From positions 1 to 55,548 of IMG/VR virus record IMGVR_UViG_3300038466_000036: DNA of 55,548 nucleotides. One strand, given 5' to 3'. Of this stretch, positions 19,413 to 28,414 are shown in pieces. The DNA is from a virus (Duplodnaviria > Caudoviricetes). The translations under genes and the position numbers were made by a program. Within the stretch, counting starts at the first letter, position 1; the number at the start of each line of letters is the position of its first letter. A model generated the notes under the pieces. That model searched no databases. It was not told where the DNA came from and was given only the letters and a program-made list of their open reading frames with translations.

Positions 19413-20177
19413 CTACCGTCTTAAAAGAGCGGCCAATCTCGGAGAAAAACCTTCCGCAAAATTTTCAAATGTATCCTCAATATCAGCAGGTTGCCTGGGG
19501 CCGTTATAAGTGCTCTCTCCGGCCTCATCCATGTCATCTACCACTCTGCGATATCCGTATTTAATGGTAGGAAGTTCCTGCGAATTGTAGAAGTTGTCAG
19601 CCGGATCTCCAGCTACATCTTCGGTGTATCCTGCCTCGTCCGGTCTCTCGAATCCTTTGGGACCGGCGACAGAACCTTTGGCGTAAATAGGCATGGCGTT
19701 TATATCATCGTCATTCAAACCATCCTCACCAGCGGCCTCACCTTCATATTCCCACTCATCATCGCCAATTTCCATTTCACTAAGCATCTCATTTAGAACG
19801 TCGCGATAAAAACCCATAGTTGGTCCTCCAGTTACATTTTCTTGAATAATGTGTGAATATTTACTCAACAGCTTTCCAGTATTCTTTTCTACCCCAACCG
19901 CCCTATCGTCGATAAACAACACTATATCCGGAGTTTTAACATTAGTAACTTCAAAATCACCCAATCCATTTTTTCTTAACCATTCTTTTACAACAGGAAT
20001 ATTCTTTTTATTATTTGCCCTGGCTGTAAAAATTTTTATCTTATATCCCTGTGATTGAAATTTGTTTATTAAATCCACCATAGGTTTTATAGGAGCGCCA
20101 ATCTTATTAAATCCCGCATATCCCGTTTCATAAAATGCCAGAGTTCCGTCAAGATCTACTGCTATACTTTTATTCAT
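19413..20177 (-). CDS. HAD-superfamily phosphatase-like domain fused in frame to an acidic domain that has its own start at 19817
   Basis: DLDGT, FTAR and FIDDRA motifs. An internal GGAGG-N7-ATG gives a protein starting MGFYRDVLNE. Confidence 0.75.
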   Translation of the reverse strand: MNKSIAVDLDGTLAFYETGYAGFNKIGAPIKPMVDLINKFQSQGYKIKIFTARANNKKNIPVVKEWLRKNGLGDFEVTNVKTPDIVLFIDDRAVGVEKNTGKLLSKYSHIIQENVTGGPTMGFYRDVLNEMLSEMEIGDDEWEYEGEAAGEDGLNDDDINAMPIYAKGSVAGPKGFERPDEAGYTEDVAGDPADNFYNSQELPTIKYGYRRVVDDMDEAGESTYNGPRQPADIEDTFENFAEGFSPRLAALLRR

Positions 20178-20709
20178 TTTGGCTACCCAGATTAAAATAT
20201 TTGTTTGTAATCGGAGTATTAAATTTATTATTTTTTAACCATAATTTAAAGTCGTCAATAGATAATCTATGAACCGACATTACATTATTCCAATCTCCAG
20301 AATAACAATCAAAGTATCCTTCAGTAGCATCTCTTAATGTATTAAAGAATAAAAGAATTTTATGTTCGTCAAAAGAATTTTTAAAATTTATCTGATTGAT
20401 CACATATACGTTTTGGGATTCCACATCCGGCCCTAAATATACATCCAAATGATCTCCATCTTTTCCCAAAGTATTCTTAATATATCCATAATGATGTTTT
20501 AATACATTATAATTTAGTTTACCATCAGGATTTTTCCAGAATCTTTTAGATCCTCTCGGATTTTCAATAGCTATATCCAACCCTAAAACCCGAATGTGCC
20601 CTTTTTTATAATTGCCGGGTTCTATCTGATTTTCGGTAGGACGATTGGAAATATTCGTAGAAGTTGCCGTTTGATTAGCTTTTTGATCCATAATAGATTT
20701 ACTTATCAT
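20170..20709 (-). CDS. inorganic pyrophosphatase-like protein (phage InPase type)
   Basis: GNYKKGH, IENPRGS, YGYI..T.GKDGDHLDVY and FDEHK motifs. The ATG at 20709 is preferred over the TTG at 20763. Confidence 0.8.
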   Translation of the reverse strand: MISKSIMDQKANQTATSTNISNRPTENQIEPGNYKKGHIRVLGLDIAIENPRGSKRFWKNPDGKLNYNVLKHHYGYIKNTLGKDGDHLDVYLGPDVESQNVYVINQINFKNSFDEHKILLFFNTLRDATEGYFDCYSGDWNNVMSVHRLSIDDFKLWLKNNKFNTPITNKYFNLGSQNE

Positions 20710-20956
20710 CTTCGCTCTTTCCACCTTCACGCTCGGTGGATATTTGGCGCCTGTATTGTTCAATCCGTCTATCAGTCTCCTTTATATCTATCATAATAGC
20801 ATCCATACCACGACTATCCCGTTGTAGTTTAAGATTGGCATAATCAATCTTTAATTGAGATAATCTGTTTTCAGCTTTAGCTTTTTGTAATCTCAAATAA
20901 TTGATCCACTGCTTTCTTCTTTTAGTAGACTCATTTAAAATAAAATAACTGATCAT
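20699..20956 (-). CDS. small coiled-coil protein with targeting-like N-terminus
   Basis: Starts MISYFILNES; heptad pattern. Confidence 0.65.
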   Translation of the reverse strand: MISYFILNESTKRRKQWINYLRLQKAKAENRLSQLKIDYANLKLQRDSRGMDAIMIDIKETDRRIEQYRRQISTEREGGKSEDDK

Positions 20957-20973
20957 TTCTTCTATGCCCCCTA

Positions 20974-21252
20974 TTAAATTTTGTATCTTAAAGGAGCAGG
21001 ACTATATCCAGGTTTCTTCAATTGAGTCTTTTGTAAATTTTCCTTTGCGTTATTTTTTATCTCTTGGTGTTCTCTCTTTTTCTCTTCCATTTGTTGAATC
21101 AACAGTTTCATTCTATTAATCTTTTCATCGACAATTCTAATATTACTATCAGCATTTACCATCTGTCTTTGCATCCCTGTCTGTCTGGAGAGATTATAAT
21201 CCGGAGCATCTGTAACAGACACTGCTTCCATAATTTGTTTACTTATACTCAT
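20974..21252 (-). CDS. small coiled-coil protein with targeting-like N-terminus
   Basis: Starts MSISKQIMEA. Confidence 0.65.
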   Translation of the reverse strand: MSISKQIMEAVSVTDAPDYNLSRQTGMQRQMVNADSNIRIVDEKINRMKLLIQQMEEKKREHQEIKNNAKENLQKTQLKKPGYSPAPLRYKI

Positions 21253-21517
21253 CTGGATTTTTCTCCCGTTTCTTTTTCACCCATCCCGCCAGAGCGGTTC
21301 TTTTATTCTCCGCTTTGGCAGCAACATCCGGATGTTTATTTTTATTGAATATCTTCAGGGTGTTTAATTGTTTGGATAATTCGTTCCACGACTTCCCACC
21401 TCTTAACTGATCTTTATACTTTTCGAGCGAATCATCCAGTCCAAGCCCAAGATCTCCAGGTTTAATTTCAATCCTTACTTTTTCTTCGTTTAGGATCTTT
21501 TCAGAAATGAATGTCAT
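21239..21517 (-). CDS. MFISE-family small protein
   Basis: Starts MTFISEKILNEE and is coupled to the upstream stop codon. Confidence 0.7.
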   Translation of the reverse strand: MTFISEKILNEEKVRIEIKPGDLGLGLDDSLEKYKDQLRGGKSWNELSKQLNTLKIFNKNKHPDVAAKAENKRTALAGWVKKKREKNPDEYK

Positions 21518-22185
21518 TACGATACCCCCTGTAGATAAACACCAAGAGGATGTTTTAATTCTACTGTAGATTCTGCGAGTGCTGTATGATTCGACTGTAT
21601 TTTTAATAGAACACTCGCAGTGTCCAAGTCATGGATTTTTTGTGTTAGTTCCAAATACATCAAATGTTCTGATATTTGATTCTCTACTTTTGTTGTACCT
21701 GAACCAGTTCCGACCTTTATGGATAACTTATAATAGTTTATATCTCCAAACGTTGTAAATCCAATATTTTTAACAACAAACACCAAAACTTCATCAGATC
21801 CTCGAAACATAAAGTTCTGGTGAAACTTTATGATATCGAGTTCGTAAGGTCTTACATTATACGAAGTTGGTATACATATACTACCATGCAAACTATCTTG
21901 AACCGTTAAACCTTTTTCTTCCGCGACCTTCTCGGGTATTAATTGCTCTACCCAATAAACCGGAAGCATTTGAATCTTTCTCCATACCATTCCAGATAGT
22001 TGCCCTACTCCATATTTTTCGTAAGCACCAGCTTGAAGTTTCTCATTGTCATAAATACTGTTTTTCAAATCAATGTTATAATAAGTTACCGGATATGCCG
22101 GAACATTTAATTTTGAAACATACGTATTCTGAGTGGTGTAATAATCAGATATATAATTGATTTTTCTTATAAATTCGTGTGTCAT
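21517..22185 (-). CDS. putative neck / head-completion structural protein
   Basis: 222 aa within the tail/baseplate operon; PVTYYNID and NVRPYELDII segments. Function inferred from context. Confidence 0.4.
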   Translation of the reverse strand: MTHEFIRKINYISDYYTTQNTYVSKLNVPAYPVTYYNIDLKNSIYDNEKLQAGAYEKYGVGQLSGMVWRKIQMLPVYWVEQLIPEKVAEEKGLTVQDSLHGSICIPTSYNVRPYELDIIKFHQNFMFRGSDEVLVFVVKNIGFTTFGDINYYKLSIKVGTGSGTTKVENQISEHLMYLELTQKIHDLDTASVLLKIQSNHTALAESTVELKHPLGVYLQGVS

Positions 22186-22189
22186 TTAT

Positions 22190-22612
22190 TTACCCCACCA
22201 CAGTTCTAAGTAAAGATTCATCTATGGTAATAGTAGTCTTCCTTTTTTCTCCACGGAACGATACATATATATTGACTATAAATCCATCTTGATTTCTCAT
22301 AAAAAATACGTCATAAGTTATAACCGCACGATCTTCGAATAATTTTACAGATTTTGTTAATTCATTGTATATATCATTTCTTGTGATCTCGTCATGCGGT
22401 TCAAATATGTATTTATATAATTCACTTCCATAATCCGGCTCCATCAAATACGTTCCTCTTGGAGTAAGAAAGATATTGATAATACTTCTCATAACAACAT
22501 CTATATTTTCCAATCTTTTAAAATCACCGGAGGAATCTATAACAGCATCTATATCCCTAATCACAGAGCGTTTTTCTGGAACCTCTTTAAAAAACCTTTC
22601 TATATAGGACAT
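22190..22612 (-). CDS. baseplate wedge / sheath initiator (T4 gp25 / GpW-like)
   Basis: SIINIFLTPRGTYLMEPDYGSELYKYIFEP and FEDRA. Confidence 0.9.
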   Translation of the reverse strand: MSYIERFFKEVPEKRSVIRDIDAVIDSSGDFKRLENIDVVMRSIINIFLTPRGTYLMEPDYGSELYKYIFEPHDEITRNDIYNELTKSVKLFEDRAVITYDVFFMRNQDGFIVNIYVSFRGEKRKTTITIDESLLRTVVG

Positions 22613-22635
22613 AAATTCCTCCTTTATATTATGAT

Positions 22636-22897
22636 TTATCTACTATATTTGGAATTCTTTTTCCTAAGCGCCCTTTCAGTTTTACCCTTATCTATCAAGT
22701 TAATCTCTTTTTCAGCTTTTCTTTTCTCATCATCAAGATCTCTTTTCCATTTTAAATCTTTAATAAAAAATCCATATGGCATCTCCATTATTTGTTCCCA
22801 AGCTACGTTACGATATTCCATATAAGCATGAATGTCTTCGTCTAATTTTTTTTCAAATTGATCTCTCTTTTCAGAACGTTTAGGACATAACCATTCG
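22636..22897 (-). CDS. probable frameshift extension of the tail/baseplate chaperone (ORF track calls 22636..22821)
   Basis: The frame stays open upstream of the ATG at 22821 to beyond TTT TTT CGA in the upstream gene. There is no evident SD at 22821. Contains WEQIMEMPY. Confidence 0.6.
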
Positions 22898-23950
22898 AAA
22901 AAACAAGTCGAGCATATTTAAAACTAAAGGCTCTACATGACCGCATTTAGTACAGGGAAAATCTGTTTTTAAAGAAATTCTATATTGCCCGAAATTCTCA
23001 GCATAAATATCATCAATTTTCTTCGTATCCATCCAATGTAATTCCTGATAGGCGAACATAATGTCCTCTTTCGTATTATAAATACGGGTAGAGTTTACAT
23101 TATTAGGATCGGCCATCTCTTCAAACCTATCTATAGGCATTATCTCATATAAAACTTCCAAATCCTTTTTACTTAAATGTGATAAATTTTTAAGCGTCAT
23201 TTCTTCATCATATAATGTCGGTTGTTTAATCACACACTTTACAGTGACCATTACGGGCAATTCGATATTAATGCGTTCATCGATTATTGATTTTGAAGTG
23301 CTGACCGCCACCTGCTCGACGGGCGGTTGTTGATGCACATTGCGTGGTTGTTCTTTTGGTTTTCTTTTAGGGACTTCCTGTTCATGAAAAAGAATACCAT
23401 CTTCTTCTCCAGCATCGTCATATGAATTAGATTTTCGAGATTCTGGAATCTTATCAATAACTTCTGTTTTTATATTTCGTTCGAAGATAGCTCTTTCAAT
23501 AGTATCGTCCTTAATTTCCGGTCCATTAATAGCTTTGGATATTACATAAGAATTAATGATATTGTCAGATTTTGGATATGCGTTCATACTAAACATCTTT
23601 GAAATATCAACTTTAATGTTACCAAATTCTTCTCCACAATTCTGACACTTATTCGAAAAATCCAGTTCATCTCCAAAAGTCATATGATAAATTCCGTATA
23701 GAATAGCCTCCCTATCCAGCAGAGTTACCTTACGTTTAAAATCTTCAATGGTATTAATACCATCTGGAAATCTTTGAATACATGTGAACATCGTGTTATT
23801 AATCGCTTCTGGGGCGGCGGATGGAATCGGATGAGAAGTTTTTAACGCACGAATCTCTCTCGTAACCAACGCCCTTACATCAAAAGAAAGGCCAGATTGC
23901 GGAGTTATTACTGTATAGACCGGAAACTTAAACTGAAAGCCTGTAAACAT
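22880..23950 (-). CDS. baseplate hub / tail assembly chaperone (T4 gp26-like)
   Basis: FPVYTVITPQSG..FDVRAL, DREAILYGIYHMTFG and two CxxC motifs (CQNC, CTKC). Lies directly downstream of the tail tube gene. Confidence 0.75.
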   Translation of the reverse strand: MFTGFQFKFPVYTVITPQSGLSFDVRALVTREIRALKTSHPIPSAAPEAINNTMFTCIQRFPDGINTIEDFKRKVTLLDREAILYGIYHMTFGDELDFSNKCQNCGEEFGNIKVDISKMFSMNAYPKSDNIINSYVISKAINGPEIKDDTIERAIFERNIKTEVIDKIPESRKSNSYDDAGEEDGILFHEQEVPKRKPKEQPRNVHQQPPVEQVAVSTSKSIIDERINIELPVMVTVKCVIKQPTLYDEEMTLKNLSHLSKKDLEVLYEIMPIDRFEEMADPNNVNSTRIYNTKEDIMFAYQELHWMDTKKIDDIYAENFGQYRISLKTDFPCTKCGHVEPLVLNMLDLFFRMVMS

Positions 23951-23999
23951 TTAAAATTCCCCCAATGAAAGTAAAAGTTGAAGTCCGCGAGTCAAAACA

Positions 24000-24710
24000 T
24001 TAACCTTGTGGTTTATATCCTGTAAGAGGATTAGACCTATCGGAATTAAGAGCAGACATATAAGTCTGGCATTTTGTTTTTACCCATGGTTCGTGATATC
24101 TCCAATGTACGTTAAAGTCGATATCAATCTCAACTTTGTCGTAGGTGGTGATATCAGAGCCAAACAGGTCGGCAGGATCTCTCAACGGAAAAATACCGGT
24201 AAAACAGGAATAGTATTCTATCGTCTGACCATCCGGTCTGGTAGTCCAGTAATACATAGCAGCGGCGTAAGAAGAATGTGTATATTCATCCCTTAAAAAT
24301 TCAGCCGTTCCTGTACGGTAATCCCGGATCAGTCTTACCCATCCGTGCATAATAGAGTATATCGGTAGACTTGAGAACTCCAGAAATCTGCATGTAATTG
24401 TATTATCTTCATCCACGTTTGTAGGCACTGCCCATCTTGTTCCACCTAATCCGGTAAACTCGGCACGGTTTACAGTAGACGCGGGATTCGAAACAGAAAG
24501 GCATGTAGCTTCAAGTATCTGGGCCACATTTGTTCCACCACCAACACCGGCGTTATCTCCTGGATGTCCAATAGCATCACCAAGATTTGGAGGTAGATTT
24601 ACCCAGCGGGTAAAAAAATGACCGGTAATATAAGGATCTACGGCTCCGAGGTTGCCGCTCCATTTACGGGAAAATTTATTGTTTACAATCGGAGCGAAAC
24701 TGTTGTTCAT
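24000..24710 (-). CDS. tail tube protein (T4 gp19-like)
   Basis: ITCRFLEFSSLPIYSIMHGWV, FTGIFP and IDIDFNVH. GGAGG SD; lies downstream of the sheath gene. Confidence 0.8.
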   Translation of the reverse strand: MNNSFAPIVNNKFSRKWSGNLGAVDPYITGHFFTRWVNLPPNLGDAIGHPGDNAGVGGGTNVAQILEATCLSVSNPASTVNRAEFTGLGGTRWAVPTNVDEDNTITCRFLEFSSLPIYSIMHGWVRLIRDYRTGTAEFLRDEYTHSSYAAAMYYWTTRPDGQTIEYYSCFTGIFPLRDPADLFGSDITTYDKVEIDIDFNVHWRYHEPWVKTKCQTYMSALNSDRSNPLTGYKPQG

Positions 24711-24880
24711 TTATTTGAACCTCCTGTGTTAACTTATATATTAAAATGACCAATAAAAAAATAACTTCTTTTGTTTCCAACCCGGTTATGTGTTCGTGTG
24801 GGGGCATGATAACCCCCACACTACTGTCGACGGGGCGAGGGGTTGGTTAATACCCGTCGAGCATTACAAGAATTCTATTT

Positions 24881-24893
24881 TTATAATTTGTCC
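24881..24893 (-). promoter_or_regulatory. putative late promoter motif GGACAAATTATAA
   Basis: Upstream of the tail tube gene. Confidence 0.65.
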
Positions 24894-24935
24894 TTAACCC
24901 ATCATATAAATATCTGTTTTAATTTGAGTTTATAT

Positions 24936-24949
24936 TATATATATTAAAT
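24936..24949 (+). promoter_or_regulatory. putative early promoter motif TATATATATTAAAT
   Basis: 40 nt upstream of ORF 24990. Confidence 0.6.
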
Positions 24950-24989
24950 TATAGATCGTCATTAATATCTTTAAAAAAAAGGTAAAACA

Positions 24990-25178
24990 ATGTCAACTAT
25001 TGGTTGCGCATTCCTAATCCTGATTGGAATTGTTCTTTTTAGTCCGTTAGTTAAACTTATATGGGGATTAATTTTTACATCCTTGATGGTTGTCGTGGTT
25101 GTATTGATTATATTGGGAAGTTTGATATCAGAGTATCTTAATAAAAAGGATAAAAATGATAATACACGCAATCGGTGA
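24990..25178 (+). CDS. small membrane protein (2 predicted TM helices)
   Basis: 62 aa, almost entirely hydrophobic, with an AAGGT SD. Confidence 0.7.
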   Translation: MSTIGCAFLILIGIVLFSPLVKLIWGLIFTSLMVVVVVLIILGSLISEYLNKKDKNDNTRNR

Positions 25179-25869
25179 TGTACACGGAGAATGGAACCAT
25201 CTGAATAAACACATAGATATCTACAAACCAGATATTCTTTTTATCTGTGGCGATTTCGGATGGTGGCCCCATTTTCACGGTAGTACAAAGTTTGATGGCT
25301 CGGGTAAGCCATGGAACCAGTATGGTATTATAAATCCAAGTACCAAGATTTACTGGTGTGACGGCAACCACGAAAACCACGACGATTTGGATAATCTGGT
25401 ATCAAAACACGGAATAATTCCGATTGAAATCATGAAAGATGTTTACTATATGCCCCGTGGATCTGTATTAACAATTAATAATAAAAATGTTTTATTCTTT
25501 GGCGGCGCAAACAGTATTGATAAAAACTCAAGGATTCAAGGGGTAACGTGGTGGCCCCAGGAAGTTATCTCTTATACAGATTTTCAAAGAATAGGAGATA
25601 TCTATACGGAAATAGATGTTGTTGTTTCTCATACCTGTCCCGAATCTGTATTCGATCATGATGCGTTTAAAAAGAAAGTTTCGCATTATGAACTGGAAAA
25701 CGATCCCAGCAGAACCGCTCTACAGGCAATATTGGAAATCTATCACCCAAGCGTTTGGGTATCCGGTCACTGGCATGATAATATGAATATGCAAATAAAC
25801 AACACATCCTTCCATATTATCGATTGTATCTATACAAATAACTATTTAGATATTAGTAGCTATTTTTAA
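25156..25869 (+). CDS. calcineurin-like metallophosphoesterase
   Basis: GDVHG, GDFG, GNHE, SHT and GHWH motifs. Confidence 0.92.
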   Translation: MIIHAIGDVHGEWNHLNKHIDIYKPDILFICGDFGWWPHFHGSTKFDGSGKPWNQYGIINPSTKIYWCDGNHENHDDLDNLVSKHGIIPIEIMKDVYYMPRGSVLTINNKNVLFFGGANSIDKNSRIQGVTWWPQEVISYTDFQRIGDIYTEIDVVVSHTCPESVFDHDAFKKKVSHYELENDPSRTALQAILEIYHPSVWVSGHWHDNMNMQINNTSFHIIDCIYTNNYLDISSYF

Positions 25870-25885
25870 AAATCCGGTTTTATTA

Positions 25886-25899
25886 TATATATATTAAAT
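25886..25899 (+). promoter_or_regulatory. putative early promoter motif TATATATATTAAAT
   Basis: Exact copy of the motif; no substantial ORF follows it. Confidence 0.6.
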
Positions 25900-25924
25900 A
25901 ATAAGTATAAGTATTTAACTCTTA

Positions 25925-26145
25925 TCGCTTCTCACCACCGCACCGGCCAGACGAAACTCGGCGAAACACGGCAGTAGAAGCGGGAAAGGAGGTCTCCGCT
26001 ATGTATTTTAGCGGCTTTGCGTAGTTAGGATGCAAATAGACCTACATTGCGACGACAAGCGCCACGCCTTGGGGGGTAGGGACATCGGGGAAGCGCATCC
26101 GTCTAAACGGAAATGTGACTACCGATTTATCCCTACCCCCTCTTT
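25925..26145 (+). ncRNA. candidate structured small RNA
   Basis: GC-rich intergenic island after a promoter motif. Stems cgcttct/agaagcg, ccgcta/tagcgg and ggggtaggga..tcgg/ccga..tccctacccc. Confidence 0.45.
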
Positions 26146-26182
26146 AACATCCACAAACATCTTAATTATTCTTTATCATTTT

Positions 26183-27865
26183 TTACTTAATGTAGAAGTT
26201 CAGATCGATCTGTCTGGTCGTCGGGGTCGGATACAAGGTAACATTCACATGGAATTTTTCCTGCTTTAATTCGTAATCCGTAGCACTGACTTCGACATCG
26301 AAATTCATCAATCCGCGTTTTTCTTTAATCTGTGTCAAGAAAATAGAAATCTCGTTGGATACTTTTTCCCATGTATAAGAATCGTTTTGTTCCCAGATAT
26401 AGAATTTACAGAATTGTTCCAATGCTCTCTTAATATATAACACTAACATCATAATATTAAATGATTGTAATTTACTTGCTCTCTTCTGGGTTGTTTTCTG
26501 TTCCCACACAGTATAACCAACATTGAATTTCACAATGTAGTTCAACTGTGCAAGGGTCATATTCTCTCTATCGCCAAGAAGAGGATTAAATCTAAGTTCT
26601 TTGATACTGTCGATAGTCGCCCGGTTATAACCGGCGGGAGCATACCAAAGTTCCGCATTGTTTACCGTATATGGTATAATACTCGCCATATGATAAACAG
26701 GACTGACCCAAACATCTTTTCCTGTCCAAGAGTCAAAGATCTTGGAGTATGGTTCCCATAGACCCATGTACTTGGAATTAAATGTATGTGTATCTGTACG
26801 TTTGGTAAGCGCCTGGGTAACAGAGTAGTTATCGCCATTATCCATAACAGCCATACAATCAAGTCTTGACGCAATAAGAGCGGCAATACCAAACTTTTTG
26901 ATATCACTTGGATAACCACCATCTAAAACAATATTGAAATAATAATTATCAGTATCCAGAACTTCCTGTAGAAGTTCTCCGTTGGTTTTGGTAAGCTCGC
27001 CTTTATAAGCGGATGTGATAATAGAATCCGCTGTGGTGGTATTGATTGTTCCGTCGCCATTAAACAGAGAACCGGAAGAACCGTTGGATAAACTTACCGG
27101 ACCTGCTTCAAACGGCTGTGAGAAATTAGCACCGTCAGTAATAGCCTGTAAGAGAACCTCTTTGTTAGCCATACACCGAATGTATCTTTCAAACCGATTG
27201 ATAACATCTTCTATAAACATAGATTCGCCAGAATCATCCAAGTCGCGATAATCAAACGATACTTCATAGGTGTTGATAATCTCGTATTGATCATTTCCGT
27301 CTTCATCTTTTGTGGATTGTTTCTGATAAATATCCATTAGATAAATATTTTCTTTTGTTACATCGGGATGTTCGGAAATATCAATCTGGAAATTGTTGTA
27401 GAATTCTCCTCTTCCAATACCGTAGATAACAAAACCGTTATTGGGATTTGCGCCAACAGTAACTAATGTTTCAAGTTCATTTTGAGTTCCAATAGCCGCC
27501 TCTGAAGAGACATTAACGTCGGAAGTACCATCCGGCCCAAGATTTCCGCTTGTCTCCACGGACAAAATCATATTCGCATAATCAGCATCATCAGGAAGCG
27601 GTCTAATAACATACAGGTTGTCGGATTGGGTTAAAAACGAAGAAGCGATGAGCGTGCCCTGCCCATATGCTTTTCCAACATAATTAATATTCGGTTTACC
27701 GAAATCCAGATAGTAATCTCTTGCATTCGTAGCAATCAGTTTATTATCTTCGCCTTGTTCAGAAATAACAACTATAAATCCAATGGTGCTTGGCACGTTT
27801 TGTACATAATCAGAAAGATCAATGATTTTAGTTCTTATACCAGGAGAAACATTGATAGATGGCAT
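26183..27865 (-). CDS. tail sheath protein (T4 gp18-like)
   Basis: N-terminal VSPGIRTKIIDLS, FGKP, WYAPAGYNRA and a sheath-type C-terminus. Confidence 0.93.
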   Translation of the reverse strand: MPSINVSPGIRTKIIDLSDYVQNVPSTIGFIVVISEQGEDNKLIATNARDYYLDFGKPNINYVGKAYGQGTLIASSFLTQSDNLYVIRPLPDDADYANMILSVETSGNLGPDGTSDVNVSSEAAIGTQNELETLVTVGANPNNGFVIYGIGRGEFYNNFQIDISEHPDVTKENIYLMDIYQKQSTKDEDGNDQYEIINTYEVSFDYRDLDDSGESMFIEDVINRFERYIRCMANKEVLLQAITDGANFSQPFEAGPVSLSNGSSGSLFNGDGTINTTTADSIITSAYKGELTKTNGELLQEVLDTDNYYFNIVLDGGYPSDIKKFGIAALIASRLDCMAVMDNGDNYSVTQALTKRTDTHTFNSKYMGLWEPYSKIFDSWTGKDVWVSPVYHMASIIPYTVNNAELWYAPAGYNRATIDSIKELRFNPLLGDRENMTLAQLNYIVKFNVGYTVWEQKTTQKRASKLQSFNIMMLVLYIKRALEQFCKFYIWEQNDSYTWEKVSNEISIFLTQIKEKRGLMNFDVEVSATDYELKQEKFHVNVTLYPTPTTRQIDLNFYIK

Positions 27866-27950
27866 ACCTTATATACCTCCAAAAGTCAAAATTAAGAATT
27901 ATATATTCTTTACCAATAAATTGTATATATACCTTATATATACATCCTTT

Positions 27951-27963
27951 TTAAAATTTGTCC
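27951..27963 (-). promoter_or_regulatory. putative late promoter motif GGACAAATTTTAA
   Basis: Upstream of the tail sheath gene. Confidence 0.65.
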
Positions 27964-27995
27964 TGATCGTAAATACAAAAAAATAAGCTATTTAT

Positions 27996-28009
27996 TATAT
28001 ATATTAAAT
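27996..28009 (+). promoter_or_regulatory. putative early promoter motif TATATATATTAAAT
   Basis: Upstream of ORF 28091 and followed by a perfect 20-bp palindrome. Confidence 0.6.
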
Positions 28010-28090
28010 AATAATCATACGGAATTAATTCCGTATAATGTAAGTATCAACCCACACCATGTTTTTTTAAAATGAAAGAATGGTGAAAGA

Positions 28091-28387
28091 ATGCCTGTAA
28101 TAGTTATCTGTCCGGGATGCGGTAGTCGTGTGTACGATAATAGATTCTGTGAAATCTGCGGAACCTTTTTAACCGATTCGCCCACAGGCACTCCTCCTAT
28201 CGTGTGCGCGTTTTGTGGAGTATTTGCGCACAAAGAGGAAACCCATTGTGGACAATGCAGTTCGCCGTTATATAGGATATGTGGCGGTTGCGGGAAGTTC
28301 TGCTCTTTCCGCGTCAACTATTGCGGATTTTGCGGAAAACAGCTAATCGAAGGACAAGTGAAAAACCAAATCCTTGCCGGTGTTTAA
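28091..28387 (+). CDS. multi zinc-ribbon protein (double zinc ribbon-like)
   Basis: Six CxxC motifs: CPGC, CEIC, CAFC, CGQC, CGGC and CGFC. Confidence 0.85.
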   Translation: MPVIVICPGCGSRVYDNRFCEICGTFLTDSPTGTPPIVCAFCGVFAHKEETHCGQCSSPLYRICGGCGKFCSFRVNYCGFCGKQLIEGQVKNQILAGV

Positions 28388-28414
28388 GGTCAAACCGGAA
28401 CGAAGGAGGCTTGC

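Noticed and set aside
25945-25975. Hammerhead ribozyme (cagacga...gaaac)
   Set aside because: The core deviates from CUGANGA, and no proper stem II or cleavage-site arrangement can be formed.
26001-26147. TAG stop-codon reassignment giving a longer ORF
   Set aside because: Long conserved genes are intact under the standard code, and several genes end cleanly in TAG (1872, 12203, 41430).
26030-26269. 79-aa plus-strand ORF
   Set aside because: No SD, runs through strong hairpins and overlaps the sheath gene 3' end antisense.
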